Positions 38,748-50,692 are shown, counted from the first letter of the whole stretch. The stretch is 61,975 bases of DNA, filler included, from 7 parts of 7 records of this genome joined end to end with filler, not necessarily neighbours in it; one strand, 5' to 3'. Notes: a model not told the origin generated them from the sequence alone. Numbers and translations are program-made.

Positions 38748-40249
38748 ATGAAGTTACCGAATTCCGTTAAAAACTTAACAAGTATAATTGGAGCTTCTGT
38801 TGCTTTAATTTGTCTGTGTGTTATTATTATACTTTTTGCTGTGTCGTCATTGTTCAATCTGGGTAGTTCCTATATAGGGATCTTTATTTATATTGTTTTA
38901 CCCATAGTTCTCTTTTTCGGACTTGTTTTAATCCCGATTGGTATTGTGCGGCAAAAAGAAAACAAAAAAAATACGCTGATGAAGAGAAACTAGAGGAATG
39001 GCCAGTAATTGACATGAATCGTCAGTCTGTTCGAAATGCAACTATGATTTTTGCAGCTGGGACTATTTGCTTCTTGGTTTTGTCCTCCATTGGCAGTTTT
39101 GAGGCATTTCATTTAACCGAATCCAATGAGTTTTGCGGAAAGCTTTGTCATCAGGTAATGAAACCTGAGTATGTTGCTTATCAAGGATCACCGCATGAGC
39201 GGGTTGATTGTGTTGAGTGTCATGTAGGCTCAGGAGCTGGATGGTATGTAAAAAGTAAGATGTCTGGTTTGTATCAGGTCTATTCCGTTTTATTTGATAA
39301 ATATCCAAAGCCCATACCTACCCCAATAACCAGCTTACGACCTGCTCGCGAAACTTGTGAAGAGTGCCATTGGACAGAAAAATTTTATGATCGGAAAGTA
39401 AAAACCAAAAAATCATATATGGCAGATGAAAGCACAACTGAGTGGGATATTCATTTGTTAATGAAAACAAGTGCTACTTATAGTGCTCAAGGTCTACAGG
39501 AAGGGATTCACTGGCATATTAACCCAGATGTGAAGATTGAGTATAGGGCAGATGTTGAAGATCGTAGCATTATCCCATGGGTTCGATATACCAATTTAAA
39601 AACAGGAGAAATACACATTTATACTGATGATTCAATACAAAGTAATGAAAGCCATTTGGATACCTTGGAACTTCGAGTAATGGATTGTATTGATTGCCAT
39701 AATCGTCCTGCACATAATTACCGAACTCCAGCTAATTTTATTGATGATATGATTACAGCCGGAAATATCTCCAAAGATTTACCTGATGTTAAGGTGGTTG
39801 CTATGGATGCTTTGAATACTGAGTATTTTAATACAGATACTGCATTGGCTGAAATTAAGGCGTATGTGAAAGAATATTACGAAATTATGTATCCAGAGAT
39901 TTTGGATAATAAAAAGGCATTGCTGGAAGAAGCAATAGCTTCAATACAAGAGGGTTTTAGAAAAAATATATTTCCAGAGATGAAAGTCAACTGGAAAGAA
40001 TATCCGGTTCATTTAGGTCATTTAGAAACAAATGGATGTTATCGGTGTCATAATGATCAGCATAAAACTGAAGATGGACGAGCGATATCACGAGACTGTA
40101 ATTTATGTCACAATATTTTGGCGCAAGGTACAGCTGATGAAATGGAATTTACTTTAGCAAATGAACCTTTGGAATTTAAGCATCCAATAAATATTAATGA
40201 AGAATGGAGAAATACTTTTTGTTCTGAATGTCATTTTAGTTTATACTAG
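38748..40249 (+). CDS. NapC/NirT-family multiheme cytochrome with three N-terminal TM helices (ImcH-like); frameshift in A-runs 38953-38971
   Basis: ORFs 38748..38993 and 39014..40249 join with one extra A; CGKLCH plus 6 CxxCH; LRPARETC, GIHWH. Confidence 0.85.
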
Positions 40250-40368
40250 TAGTAGAGTTGCGCTTTGAATTTATTAAGCTCAAATCTGCTAACATACTTC
40301 AGTCATATATTTGATTGGGGTATTTTTATGAGAAGTTTTAGCTAATTTGTTAGATAAAGGCTATTAAT

Positions 40369-43328
40369 ATGAAAAAACATATTTCTGCACTTTTTTCAAT
40401 GATGACCACGTCGGTATTGATTGTAATTTTTGGGGTTTCAATTGCTTATGCAACATTTATTGAAAATGATTATGGCACTCAGGCAGCCAAAATACTTGTT
40501 TATAATGCGTGGTGGTTTAATATTTTATTGGGATTATTGTCCATTAATTTAGTAGGAGGTCTTTTTTATCACAAGGCGTTTAAGTTGAAGCGTTGGAGTA
40601 TGGTTCTTTTTCATATTGCTTTTGTTGTAATATTGGTTGGAGCTGGGATTACACGCTTTTATAGTTTTGAAGGGATGCTTCATATTCGTGAAGGAGAGTC
40701 GAGTAATCTTTTGGTTTCGGATGAAGTTTATGTTCAGTTTAAGGGGGCAGGCGTAGATGAAGAAGTAGAAAACGAATGGAAAGTTCAGTTATCGCCATAT
40801 ACCGATTCAAATTTTGAAGAAGAGATTGAGCTTGGCAACTCAGAGATAGAACTTGCAGATCTTTATTACGTTCCTTCTGCAATTCAGAATGTTATTGAAG
40901 ATATGAATGGGAAGCCTCTTATCTCTTTAATTTTACTAGAACCTTCAAAAACCAGAAAAGATTTGGTCTTGAGCCTGAATGAAGAATACGTAAACAATCG
41001 ATTTTCTATAAGTTTTGAAGGCAATCAAAATGAGAATTCACTATACATAAGCAGACAGGCAGATAGCCTAATTATGATACCCCACGATTCAATTCGTATC
41101 ATTTCAATGATGGGTGAAAGTGAAGAAGTGCTTGCTCCTGGGAAAGCAGTGCAAATTCTTCCAAGAAAAATGTACCAGTTTGAAGAAACTCTTTTTGTGT
41201 TGAAATCATATCTATCCAAAGGCAGAACGATTTTAAGTACGGTTAAAAATGATTCGGGAGCGCAGTTGTTGGATGGTATTCAGCTTACAGCACGAGCGAA
41301 TGGTGATGAAAAACAAATTGTATTATTTGGGAAGAAAGGATTGGGTGGAGAACCTGTTTTAGCAGAAGTTGGGGGAATTCCTTTTAAGATTTCTTTTGGC
41401 TCAAAGATTATTGAACTCCCATTTGAGTTAGTGTTAAATGACTTTCAATTGGAGAGGTATCCTGGCTCAATGAGTCCTTCTTCATACGCCAGTGAAGTGA
41501 CGCTGGTAGATAAAAAAAATAATATTAAACTTCCGTATCGAATATATATGAACAATATTTTGGATTATGGAGGGTATCGTTTTTTTCAATCTTCGTACGA
41601 TCAGGATGAAAAAGGAACAGTACTTTCTGTTAGTCATGATTTTTTAGGAACTGTTGTTACATATCTGGGATATTTTATGATGACCTTAGGAATGATATTT
41701 ACTTTCTTTAATCGTAAAAGTCGTTTTCATTCATTGTTAAGATCAAGTTCACGACTCAAAGAAGCTAAGACGAAAGCAATCGTTGGAGTAGGTTTGTTTT
41801 TATTGTTATTAGTTCCTGAACTTGCTTCTTCTCAGCAATACAACCCGACAAAACTTGATAAGAAACACGTATCGACATTTGATGAGTTGATTGTTCAGGA
41901 CAGTCGTGGACGAGTGAAGCCTGTAAATACACTTGCATCTGAATTACTTCGAAAGCTAATTCGTAAAAATAATTTTGAGGGTTCGTCCGCTTCCGAAGTG
42001 TTTTTAGGAATGTGTGTTCAGCCTGAGTTGTGGAAAAACGTTCCAATTATTAAAGTTTCAAATACAGAATTGCAAAGCCAACTGGGGCTGCATGATAAAT
42101 ATGCCTCTTTTAATGATTTTGTTGGAATTAGTTCAGGAGATTATAAGCTTCGTAAACTTGTAGATGAAGCTTATAAAAAGAAGCAAACTGAGCGTAATAA
42201 GTTTGATAAAGAAGTGATTAATGTTGATGAACGCGTGAATATTTGTTACCAGGTTTTTAATGGTGATTTTTTAAGGGTTTTTCCTGATGAGAATGATACA
42301 AATAATTCATGGATTACTGAAAAACAGTATTATCAGCAAAAAATGAATCGGGGAAAGGAAATGCTATTGTCTAAATATTTTTCTGCGGTTAGTACTGCAA
42401 GTTCAACCAATGATTATGTTTTTGCAGAGGATTATTTGAAACAAATACAGGCATTGCAAATTGAAAAAGGAAAAGAAATAATTCCATCGGAGAAGAAAAT
42501 AAAGTTGGAGATATTTTATAACCGAAATAACATTTTTAATCTCTTATTTAAGCTATGTGCCGTCTTTGGATTTTATCTATTGATTTTGCATTTGCTGCAA
42601 ATCTTTAAAGGCAATATTCGCATTAAACTACTTTTAGTACCTGGAGTTGTTTTGGTGTCACTTGTATTTTTGGTTTTCTCAGCCGGATTGGCTCTTCGGT
42701 GGTATATTTCAGGGCATGCTCCGTGGAGTAATGGTTACGAAACAATGCTTTTTGTTGCATGGGCAACAATGCTGTCAGGTTTTATCTTTATGAAACGTTC
42801 ACCAATAACCTTAGCTGTAACCTCCATTTTATCATCATTGGTTTTAATGGTTGCTGGAATGAGTTGGATGAATCCTGAGATTACTAATTTGGTTCCTGTA
42901 TTAAAATCATACTGGTTGATTATTCATGTTGCAATTATAACAGCAAGTTATGGTTTTCTTGGTATAGCTGCATTACTTGGATTTTTAAACCTGATTTTAA
43001 TGATTCTACGTACTCCAAAGAATATTAGAAATTCATCTTTTACCATTGTTGAAATATCAATAATTATAGAGCTTGCATTAATAATTGGATTGATTCTTTT
43101 AACAGTTGGTGCTTTTATTGGTGCTGTATGGGCAAATGAATCTTGGGGACGTTACTGGGGCTGGGATCCCAAAGAAACCTGGGCTTTGATAACTATTCTG
43201 GTTTATTCATTTATCATTCATTTAAGAAAAGTTCCAGGCATGTTTTCAAACTTCATTTTGAGCGCGCTTTCGTTAGTAGGTTTTAGTTCGGTGCTTATGA
43301 CTTTCTTTGGGGTAAACTATTATTTGTC
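40369..43328 (+). CDS. ccsA: Fused system II cytochrome c biogenesis protein CcsBA (3' truncated)
   Basis: ATFIENDYG, YRFFQSSYD, GHAPWSNGYE, WANESWGRYWGWDPKETW. Confidence 0.93.
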
Positions 43329-43428
43329 NNNNNNNNNNNNNNNNNNNNNNNNNNNNNNNNNNNNNNNNNNNNTTAATTAATTAANNNNNNNNNNNNNNNN
43401 NNNNNNNNNNNNNNNNNNNNNNNNNNNN
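43329..43428. other. Artificial contig spacer
   Basis: N-run with TTAATTAATTAA. Confidence 0.98.
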
Positions 43429-43528
43429 ATATTATATTAGATGTTCATATGCAACTGGAATAGAGGAAATAAAAGAGTCAATCAGAAAAATAGGGAATTT
43501 TGTTAGTAAGTTAGAAGTTGTCGGATAA
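43429..43528 (+). CDS. C-terminal end of a class I/II PLP aminotransferase
   Basis: YIRCSYATGIEEIKESIRKIGNFV...*. Confidence 0.7.
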
Positions 43529-43563
43529 TTTATTCGAATTATAAAATAGTAGCAGATTTTTTG

Positions 43564-43590
43564 AGCCTTTTTAATAAAAGGCTTTTTTTT
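43564..43590 (+). terminator. Rho-independent terminator
   Basis: AGCCTTTT...AAAAGGCT then T-run. Confidence 0.8.
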
Positions 43591-43841
43591 AAAAACCAAA
43601 CTGACGATTTTCTAAAAATGTCAAATGTCACGTATTGTAAAAACAGTCGACGTTAATATTTAGCGACTAAACAAATTTTATTTGATATCTAAATAAAGAA
43701 TATTTAATTATAAACAATAAAAATGAAGAAAAAATTTGAAAAAAGCTCGACGTTAAGGTATACTTTATATGGATAAAAAATGTATAAATTTGTAAATAAA
43801 AAAAGCATTTAATATAGTTAAATATTTAAGAAAGGAAAAAG

Positions 43842-44309
43842 ATGGATAAAAAAGAATTTTCAGAATTTTTGTATAGGGGATTGATGCCTAGACATTTGGT
43901 AATATCCTACAGAGAGTTGGAGTATTTTATTAATCAAAGGTTGGAACCATTTGACTTATATAGAGTTGAAGGTTTATACTTGCTATTATTGCATTTTAAT
44001 GAAGGAAAAAATCAAAAAGAAATATCTGAAATGATGAAAACTGATAATACTCTAACAAGTAAGATATTAAAAAAATTAGAGGGTAAAAAATTAATACGAA
44101 AAGAAAAAGACGACTATGACAAGAGAGAGAAAAACATATTTCTGACTCCTCATGGAAAGGATATAATCCCTGGCCTGTTAACAGTATATGAAGAGATTGG
44201 TACAACTGCATTAAATGGAATAAAAATGCAGGATTATTTGACTGCTTTGGATACCTTAGAAAGAATTATTGAGAATTTACATAGTGAGAATGAAAAAATA
44301 AAGAATTAG
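43842..44309 (+). CDS. MarR-family regulator
   Basis: NQKEIS...LKKLEGKKLI...DKRE...LTPHG. Confidence 0.9.
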   Translation: MDKKEFSEFLYRGLMPRHLVISYRELEYFINQRLEPFDLYRVEGLYLLLLHFNEGKNQKEISEMMKTDNTLTSKILKKLEGKKLIRKEKDDYDKREKNIFLTPHGKDIIPGLLTVYEEIGTTALNGIKMQDYLTALDTLERIIENLHSENEKIKN

Positions 44310-44359
44310 GTTAAATAGGCTGAAAAATTAATAAATTGCTTATTTTTCTGTTAAATAAA

Positions 44360-44406
44360 ATAGCTAGATTAAATGAATATAATTCGTTTGATCTAGCTAT
44401 TTTTTT
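44360..44406 (+). terminator. Long hairpin terminator
   Basis: ATAGCTAGAT...ATCTAGCTAT then T-run. Confidence 0.75.
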
Positions 44407-44516
44407 ATTTACTATTTATAAATATTCTTGTAAGAATTAAAATAATTTGTTAAGATAGGATCATAAAATAAAAAAGTAAACTTTACTTTAAAAAATGAAT
44501 ATTGGATGTGGGAAAA

Positions 44517-45994
44517 ATGCAGAAAAGAAAGTTAATCGTTAATACTCTATTAATAGTGATCCTTACAATGGCTCTAACCATTGTATATAGGGCAACTACA
44601 TGTAAATCAAAGCAAAAAAAATTCTAAAAGAAAATAAGTTAATTAAAGTCAACAAAGATGCTATTACAAATTTGTCAGAAGCATTTTCATATGAAACTAT
44701 CTCTCACAAGAATCCTTCTCTTGTAAATGATGATAAATTTAAAGAATATTATGATTTTTTATTGAAAACATTTCCTAGAGTTCATAATAATTCTGAAATA
44801 ATTGATATAGAAGGAAGTCGGATATATAGGTTTGGTAACGGCAATGAAAATGGGGATAAACGACCAGTGGGATTTTTTACTCATATTGATGTAGTTCCAG
44901 TAGATGCTGAGAGATGGAAATACCCTCCTTTTGATGGGGAAATTGCAGAAGGATACGTATGGGGAAGAGGTGCATTGGATATAAAATCTAATGGTTTGGC
45001 AATATTTGAAGCATTAGAATATTTAATAGCTAACAATCAAGAGTTTGATAGAGATATTTACTTTATAATAAGTAATGATGAAGAAACTGGAGGTTTAGTT
45101 GGTACAAAATCAATGGCTAATTATTTAAGAAATAAAGGAATTCAATTTGAGTATTTGATGGATGAGGGTGGATTTGTTATCAATGATGCTATAGTTGAAG
45201 ATCAAGATATAGCTTTTGTTGGAATAGCTGAAAAAGGCTATTTAAGTGTTAAGTTAACAGTAAAAGGAGAGACTGGTCATTCCTCTATTCCGAGTAAATC
45301 TGCAATAACAACATTATCTGAATTAATATTAGATATTGAAAAAATGAGTAAAGACAATTTTCCTCTTGAGATAGATGGAGCTACTCAAAAGATGCTGGAG
45401 TATTTAGCTCCTGAGATGAATACTAGCTATAGAGCTTTAATGTCAAATCTTTGGATAAGTTCTGAGTTTCTTGAAAAAGCTCTAAGTAAAAACCCTTCCT
45501 TTGCGGCAATGTTACATACTACATTTGCTCCAACAATATTGAACTCGGGATCGCAAGAAAATGTGATGCCAAGTAGCGCCGAAGTGATAATTAATTTTAG
45601 AATAATACAGGGAGATAGCATAGAAAAGATAGTTTCATTAATTAAAGAGGTGATTTCCAATAAAAAATATAAAAATGTTACTTTAGCCCTATCTGAGTTT
45701 ATAAGTGAACCTTCAAAAATTTCCTCTGTTGATAGCCTTGAATTTAATTATATAGCTGAAACCGTTCGAGAGTTATATCCGGAAGTTATAGTAGCTCCAT
45801 ATCTAGTGACTGGTGCAACTGATTCGAGATATTTTGGAGAAATAAGTAATAATGTATATCGATTTACACCAATTAGGATAGAGAAGTTGCAAACTAAGGA
45901 GATTCATGGAATTAATGAAAAAATAGCTGTAGATAGTTATCAAAAAGCGATAGAGTTTTATATTCATTTTATTGATAAAACTTCGATGAAGTAG
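44517..45994 (+). CDS. M20 peptidase (carboxypeptidase S/PM20D1-like) with N-terminal anchor; frameshift at A8 44614-44621
   Basis: HIDVVP, GRGALDIK, DEETGG, DEGG, GHSS, GATDSR, HGINE. Confidence 0.9.
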
Positions 45995-46016
45995 TTAATA
46001 CACTAAATTTCAGCTA

Positions 46017-46054
46017 AAAGCTTTGCATTTTGTTATAGCAAAATGCAAAGCTTT
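46017..46054. terminator. Bidirectional terminator
   Basis: AAAGCTTTGCATTTTG-TTATAG-CAAAATGCAAAGCTTT between convergent genes. Confidence 0.85.
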
Positions 46055-46126
46055 GTTTATATTTTTAGAAAATATAAACTGCACTACTAAACCATTCGCC
46101 AATATTCATTTTTGAGAAACTTAATA

Positions 46127-46321
46127 TTAATCTCCCAATATAGAATTAATTTCATCTGGAGTAAATTTACCAGATGAAATAATATATTCTGAGACGCACT
46201 CTACACAGCATTCTTCTGAATTAATTTCATCAGGTGTAGAAAGACACACTTTTGGACAGAATTCATTTTCTATCATAAATTCAATCATCTTAAAATATAA
46301 GTTTTGCATTTTTTTGTCCAT
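46127..46321 (-). CDS. Small Cys-rich hypothetical protein
   Basis: 64 aa, strong RBS GGAGGTG, CPKVC and CCVEC, internal TPDEINS duplication. Confidence 0.7.
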   Translation of the reverse strand: MDKKMQNLYFKMIEFMIENEFCPKVCLSTPDEINSEECCVECVSEYIISSGKFTPDEINSILGD

Positions 46322-46417
46322 AACTCACCTCCAACATTGAAATTTTAAGTTCATAACTACCACTTTAAACTAAACCATTTGGCGGAGGAAAAAGTCAGCA
46401 AATTAAAAAAATTTAAC

Positions 46418-46447
46418 AAAAAAAGTCGAGCACTATGAGCACCCGAC
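46418..46447 (-). terminator. Terminator/attenuator upstream of the small ORF
   Basis: Minus strand GTCGGGTGCT-CAT-AGTGCTCGAC then T7. Confidence 0.6.
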
Positions 46448-46695
46448 GATATATCAACTATTAAACAATTATTATTTAACTATTTTTGTAAAACAAAATA
46501 GGAATGACGTTAAAAACCTATTCATTCAAAAAAACAAAAACGGAAAAAATTCACAACATAATTAAATTACACTAACGAGGCAACTTATTGGCGTAAGTTA
46601 CAAAAAAAGGTAATTCAGAAATGATATTTAAAAAACCAAAGGGAAAAACATCCCTTATACTTTTCAAAATATCATCGTTATGATATAATTGTATC

Positions 46696-46773
46696 AGTCG
46701 CATATGGTACTCTCATTACCTGGTAGCGATTAGATAGGCCAGGGTTTTGGCGAACCTTGGTCTTTCGTATTTT
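46696..46773 (+). ncRNA. Candidate ~80-nt two-hairpin small (antisense) RNA
   Basis: TGaTATAAT at 46681-46689; hairpin AGTCGC..GGTA/TACC..GCGATT; hairpin AGGCCAGGGTT-TTGGCG-AACCTTGGTCT; T-rich tail. Confidence 0.5.
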
Positions 46774-47237
46774 ACAATTACTGTTATTATTTTATTTTAA
46801 ATTCAGTTTATTAAAAAATGTGTCATTAGTGACAATTTCCTCCATTCAAATTTTAACATACGAAGGCGTTTAAAATCAAGATATAATTTAGAAAATGAAA
46901 AAAGTTGACGAAAACGAATTCCTTTTAATATTATATAAAAGAATTTTCATGTTTTTTTGTATATCAAAAAAATAATGCAACGATTAAAAGAAAAATAACT
47001 ATGTGTATTGTTGAATTTGACAATATATATAAAGTTTATATAATAGTTGACCATAAACATGAATTGTGATATACTTAACTAGAAAATAATAGTTGCTATC
47101 GTCAATTAAAATATAGATATCAGCATTCTATACTTCACTTGATAATATTAAATAATACTGCGTACTTAAAATTATATTCGTTAATAAATATAGAGAACTG
47201 ATAACAGGAATTAATACATAAGGAAAAGGAGAAAAAA

Positions 47238-48104
47238 GTGAAAATATCTAGGGAATGTATACAGTGTTTAGCAAGACAGGCAGTTGAAATAGCAGAAGAA
47301 GCAACACAAGAGCAAGAGAAACAAGAAGAGATTATAAGAAGATCGTTAAAATCATTAAGTAAAATTGATTTTAATCAAACAGCTCCAGAAGTTGCATATG
47401 AAATGCACCAGCATGCAAAGGAGATAGGTGGGAATGATGATCCATATGAGAAATTAAAGGATGATTTCAATCAAATAGCAGAAGAAATCTCAAATAGAAT
47501 TGTCGATGAAAATTGGATAAGTCATACAGAAGATGAATTTGATATAGCATGTAGATTAGCCATAGCGGGAAATATTATTGACTTTTCACTTGGTCTTGAC
47601 TTGGAGTACGGTGATATATTGAAATCAGTAGAGGAAAGTCTACAAAAAGAATTATTTGGTACAGGTTCAGAAGAGTTGAAAAAAGCAGTTAATAGTGCGA
47701 AAAAAATTATGTATATTGCGGATAATGCCGGGGAGATAATTTTTGATAAATTTTTATTAAATCAACTTCCAAAAGATAAAATAACTTTTGTTGTAAAGGG
47801 TGGAGCTATTGTAAATGATGCAACAATGAAAGATGCAGAGAGTACAGATGTAACTAAACTTGTAAAAGTTATTGATAATGGACATAATGCTCAGGGTACA
47901 ATTTTATCGGTTTGCTCAGAGAACTTTGTAAAGGAGTTTAATAAATCTGACTTGATTATAAGTAAAGGTCAAGCAAATTTTGAAACATTAAGTGATATAT
48001 CAGACAAGAATATATTCTATTTATTGAGAGCAAAGTGTAAATCTGTCGCGCGCGAATTAGGGTGCAAACACATGGATTATGTGTTAACAAATAAACTAGT
48101 ATAA
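47238..48104 (+). CDS. DUF89/ARMT1-like damage-control phosphatase
   Basis: ECIQC, DPY, AGNIIDF, DNAGE, NDAT, SKGQANFETL. Confidence 0.92.
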   Translation: MKISRECIQCLARQAVEIAEEATQEQEKQEEIIRRSLKSLSKIDFNQTAPEVAYEMHQHAKEIGGNDDPYEKLKDDFNQIAEEISNRIVDENWISHTEDEFDIACRLAIAGNIIDFSLGLDLEYGDILKSVEESLQKELFGTGSEELKKAVNSAKKIMYIADNAGEIIFDKFLLNQLPKDKITFVVKGGAIVNDATMKDAESTDVTKLVKVIDNGHNAQGTILSVCSENFVKEFNKSDLIISKGQANFETLSDISDKNIFYLLRAKCKSVARELGCKHMDYVLTNKLV

Positions 48105-48110
48105 TATACG

Positions 48111-48142
48111 ATAACCTTATCTATGTAGATAGGGTTATTTTT
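48111..48142 (+). terminator. Rho-independent terminator
   Basis: ATAACCTTATCTA-TG-TAGATAGGGTTAT then T-run. Confidence 0.8.
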
Positions 48143-48271
48143 GTATACTTTAATCTATTTTTAGCTAGCTTGTGATTGGAAAAAATATTAAGTGAAATTT
48201 CTGGATGATCGAAAAAACAGTTCAGCAAGCTCTCCAAACTGAATTGATATTTCTCGCTCATTCTCTTCTGA

Positions 48272-48964
48272 TTAAAATTTATTTTTAAAATATGAATCTA
48301 AATTATCTTGAATCTCGCCGTTCTCCTCCATCTCTTTGAGAACTTTAGTAAGCTTAGGAACAATGTCCTTATGTTTTTTATGAAGGTAGTGATATAAATA
48401 TATTGTTTTTAGCGGTGGGTCAAGCATCCTAATTCCTTTATATTTTTTACTTGCTATAACTTTTAAACCATCAAAATTGGTGGTTAAAATAAAGTCAAAT
48501 CTTCCAGATTCTAAGTTTTTATAGATTAAGCTTTCGTCATTGACTATAAAAACAGAAAAGTCTTTTAGGAATTCTTCGTATAGAACTATTCCCCTTTTTA
48601 TTCCAAATTTATATTTTTTCAATTTGTTTAAATCATCAATGTATAAGTCGTGTTTAGCTGAAAAAAGTCTAAGCTCAAACCAGATTATTGGAACATCAAT
48701 TCTAATTAAATTTGGATAACTATTTTCAATATTTTTTATTCTTCCAGTTTCTCCATCTATTCTTCCAGAGTTTGCTTCGATTAGCGCACGTTTAGCAGGT
48801 AAAAGAACGAATTCGATATCATACCCTATTTTTCTATATGCTGTCTTTAATATGCTAGTTGACGGCTCTGTTAATGCTGTATCAATTAGAGGAAAAATAA
48901 GCTTTTCCCTCTCAAAAGTTGAAATAACCAATATGAAAAAAATAATGATAACCGGTTTTTTCAT
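48272..48964 (-). CDS. Family 3 solute-binding protein
   Basis: LPAKRALIEANSGRIDGE, YHYLHKKH, EMEENGE. Confidence 0.85.
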   Translation of the reverse strand: MKKPVIIIFFILVISTFEREKLIFPLIDTALTEPSTSILKTAYRKIGYDIEFVLLPAKRALIEANSGRIDGETGRIKNIENSYPNLIRIDVPIIWFELRLFSAKHDLYIDDLNKLKKYKFGIKRGIVLYEEFLKDFSVFIVNDESLIYKNLESGRFDFILTTNFDGLKVIASKKYKGIRMLDPPLKTIYLYHYLHKKHKDIVPKLTKVLKEMEENGEIQDNLDSYFKNKF

Positions 48965-49146
48965 TGCTACTCCCCCTTATTTACTCTCTCCTAAATTCTC
49001 TTCCGTTTAAATTATACGTTATATTTCATCCTAAAATATAAAATTTGATAAAAAAACTAAAATTCGTAATCAATTATGGGTATTGAACGCAATAATTATA
49101 AATGATATAATTAGATGTAATTTGATCAAAATAGACTAGGAGGATT

Positions 49147-49842
49147 ATGAAAAAATATAATTTAAGCTCACTATATAATATGCGGGATTTGGGAGGTTAC
49201 TTAACCGATGACAAACAATTAACGATACATGGAAGAATAATCAGAAGCGATTGTCCAAAGCAATTTAGTGACGAGGATATTTATAAACTTGGAAAGCTAA
49301 ATATAACACAAATAATAGATTTAAGAAGTGACGTAGAAAGTAATGCAAAAGTAAGTGCATTTAAAGATTTGGAAGGTGTTAACTATCATAAAATTCCATT
49401 TAGCATGGGAGATATCGCTCCTAAGTTAGAGGAAGACATACCTAAATCATACCTAGCAATGTATGAGGATTTTACAATAATAAGGAAAGTATTAGAATTG
49501 ATTGCGAATAATCAAAGTGGCGCAACAGTTTTTCATTGTGCTGTCGGAAAAGATAGGACAGGTATTATTAGCTCAATTTTATTGAAATTATGTAATGTCA
49601 GCAAAGAAGATATATTACTAAACTACGAGAAATCCTATGAGAACTTAAGAGTTGTAATTGAGAAAATGCATAGAGAAAATCCAACCCTTCCGAAATGGCT
49701 TGGTCAATCAAAAGCTGAGTATTTAGATAAAGCTTTAGAGCTATTAGAAGAAAAATATGGTAATTTTGAAAACTATATTAAGAAAGTTGGAATTATAGAA
49801 AATGATATAAAGTTGATAAGGGATAAGCTGGTAAAGAAATAG
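49147..49842 (+). CDS. Tyrosine-protein phosphatase (Y_phosphatase3 type)
   Basis: NMRDLGGY, IDLRS, HCAVGKDRTG. Confidence 0.92.
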   Translation: MKKYNLSSLYNMRDLGGYLTDDKQLTIHGRIIRSDCPKQFSDEDIYKLGKLNITQIIDLRSDVESNAKVSAFKDLEGVNYHKIPFSMGDIAPKLEEDIPKSYLAMYEDFTIIRKVLELIANNQSGATVFHCAVGKDRTGIISSILLKLCNVSKEDILLNYEKSYENLRVVIEKMHRENPTLPKWLGQSKAEYLDKALELLEEKYGNFENYIKKVGIIENDIKLIRDKLVKK

Positions 49843-49843
49843 T

Positions 49844-50692
49844 ATGAAAGAGGAGAAATCTATGGATAAGATTGCAATTTTAGGTCCCGCTAATACTTTT
49901 ACAGATTTAGCAGCTACACAATATATGAATAAAAGAAATTTAAACATCTCGCGGAATTATTACACAACAATTACGAAAGTCTTTAACGCAATAGGAAAAG
50001 ATTGTAGGTATGGAATTATTCCGATAGAAAATACAATTGATGGTTATGTACAGGTTTCATTGGATTTACTTGCAAAGGGAAATCTTCAGATAGTATATGA
50101 AACAATTTTACCTATTGAATTTGTTTTTATTTCAAAAGTAAAAAAACTTGAGGATGTAAAAACACTTTTCCTTCAGTTCAAAACACATAATCAATGTTTA
50201 AATTTTATTGAAACACTTGGCGATGTTGATATAATAACAACAGCAAGTAATGGAACAAGCTATATGGAATATTTAGAAAATAATAACTGTGATGCCGTTA
50301 TTATTCCAAGGCATATTTTAGATTCACGAGCAAACTATGGGTTTATAAATGAGAATGTTGAAGACACTGAAGAAAATGAAACTAGATTTGTAATTTTATC
50401 TAAAAGCTCTGAAAGAGAATATACGAAGTCAGTTAAATGGAGAAGCTCTTTTGTAATAAAGCATGAGGGTGATCGACCGGGATTACTTAGTGATATTTTA
50501 AATGTTTTTTCAACCTTAAATATTAACCTAAAATCAATTATATCGAGGCCTAATAAAAAGGGGTTAGGGAAATATAATTTTTTTATTGATATTGAGGGGT
50601 GCTATGAAAATGATATAATCGTAAAAAAAGCGATTGAGATTATTAAGCGGGATAATAATATTAAAATACTTGGAAGTTATTATGTGGTTTAA
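49844..50692 (+). CDS. pheA: Prephenate dehydratase with ACT domain
   Basis: LGPANTF, PIENTIDG, NETRF, DRPGLL, SRP, LGSY. Confidence 0.9.
   Translation: MKEEKSMDKIAILGPANTFTDLAATQYMNKRNLNISRNYYTTITKVFNAIGKDCRYGIIPIENTIDGYVQVSLDLLAKGNLQIVYETILPIEFVFISKVKKLEDVKTLFLQFKTHNQCLNFIETLGDVDIITTASNGTSYMEYLENNNCDAVIIPRHILDSRANYGFINENVEDTEENETRFVILSKSSEREYTKSVKWRSSFVIKHEGDRPGLLSDILNVFSTLNINLKSIISRPNKKGLGKYNFFIDIEGCYENDIIVKKAIEIIKRDNNIKILGSYYVV

Noticed and set aside
43646-43756. TCGACGTTAA repeated 100 bp apart upstream of marR
   Set aside because: Only two short copies; cannot be distinguished from chance without comparative data
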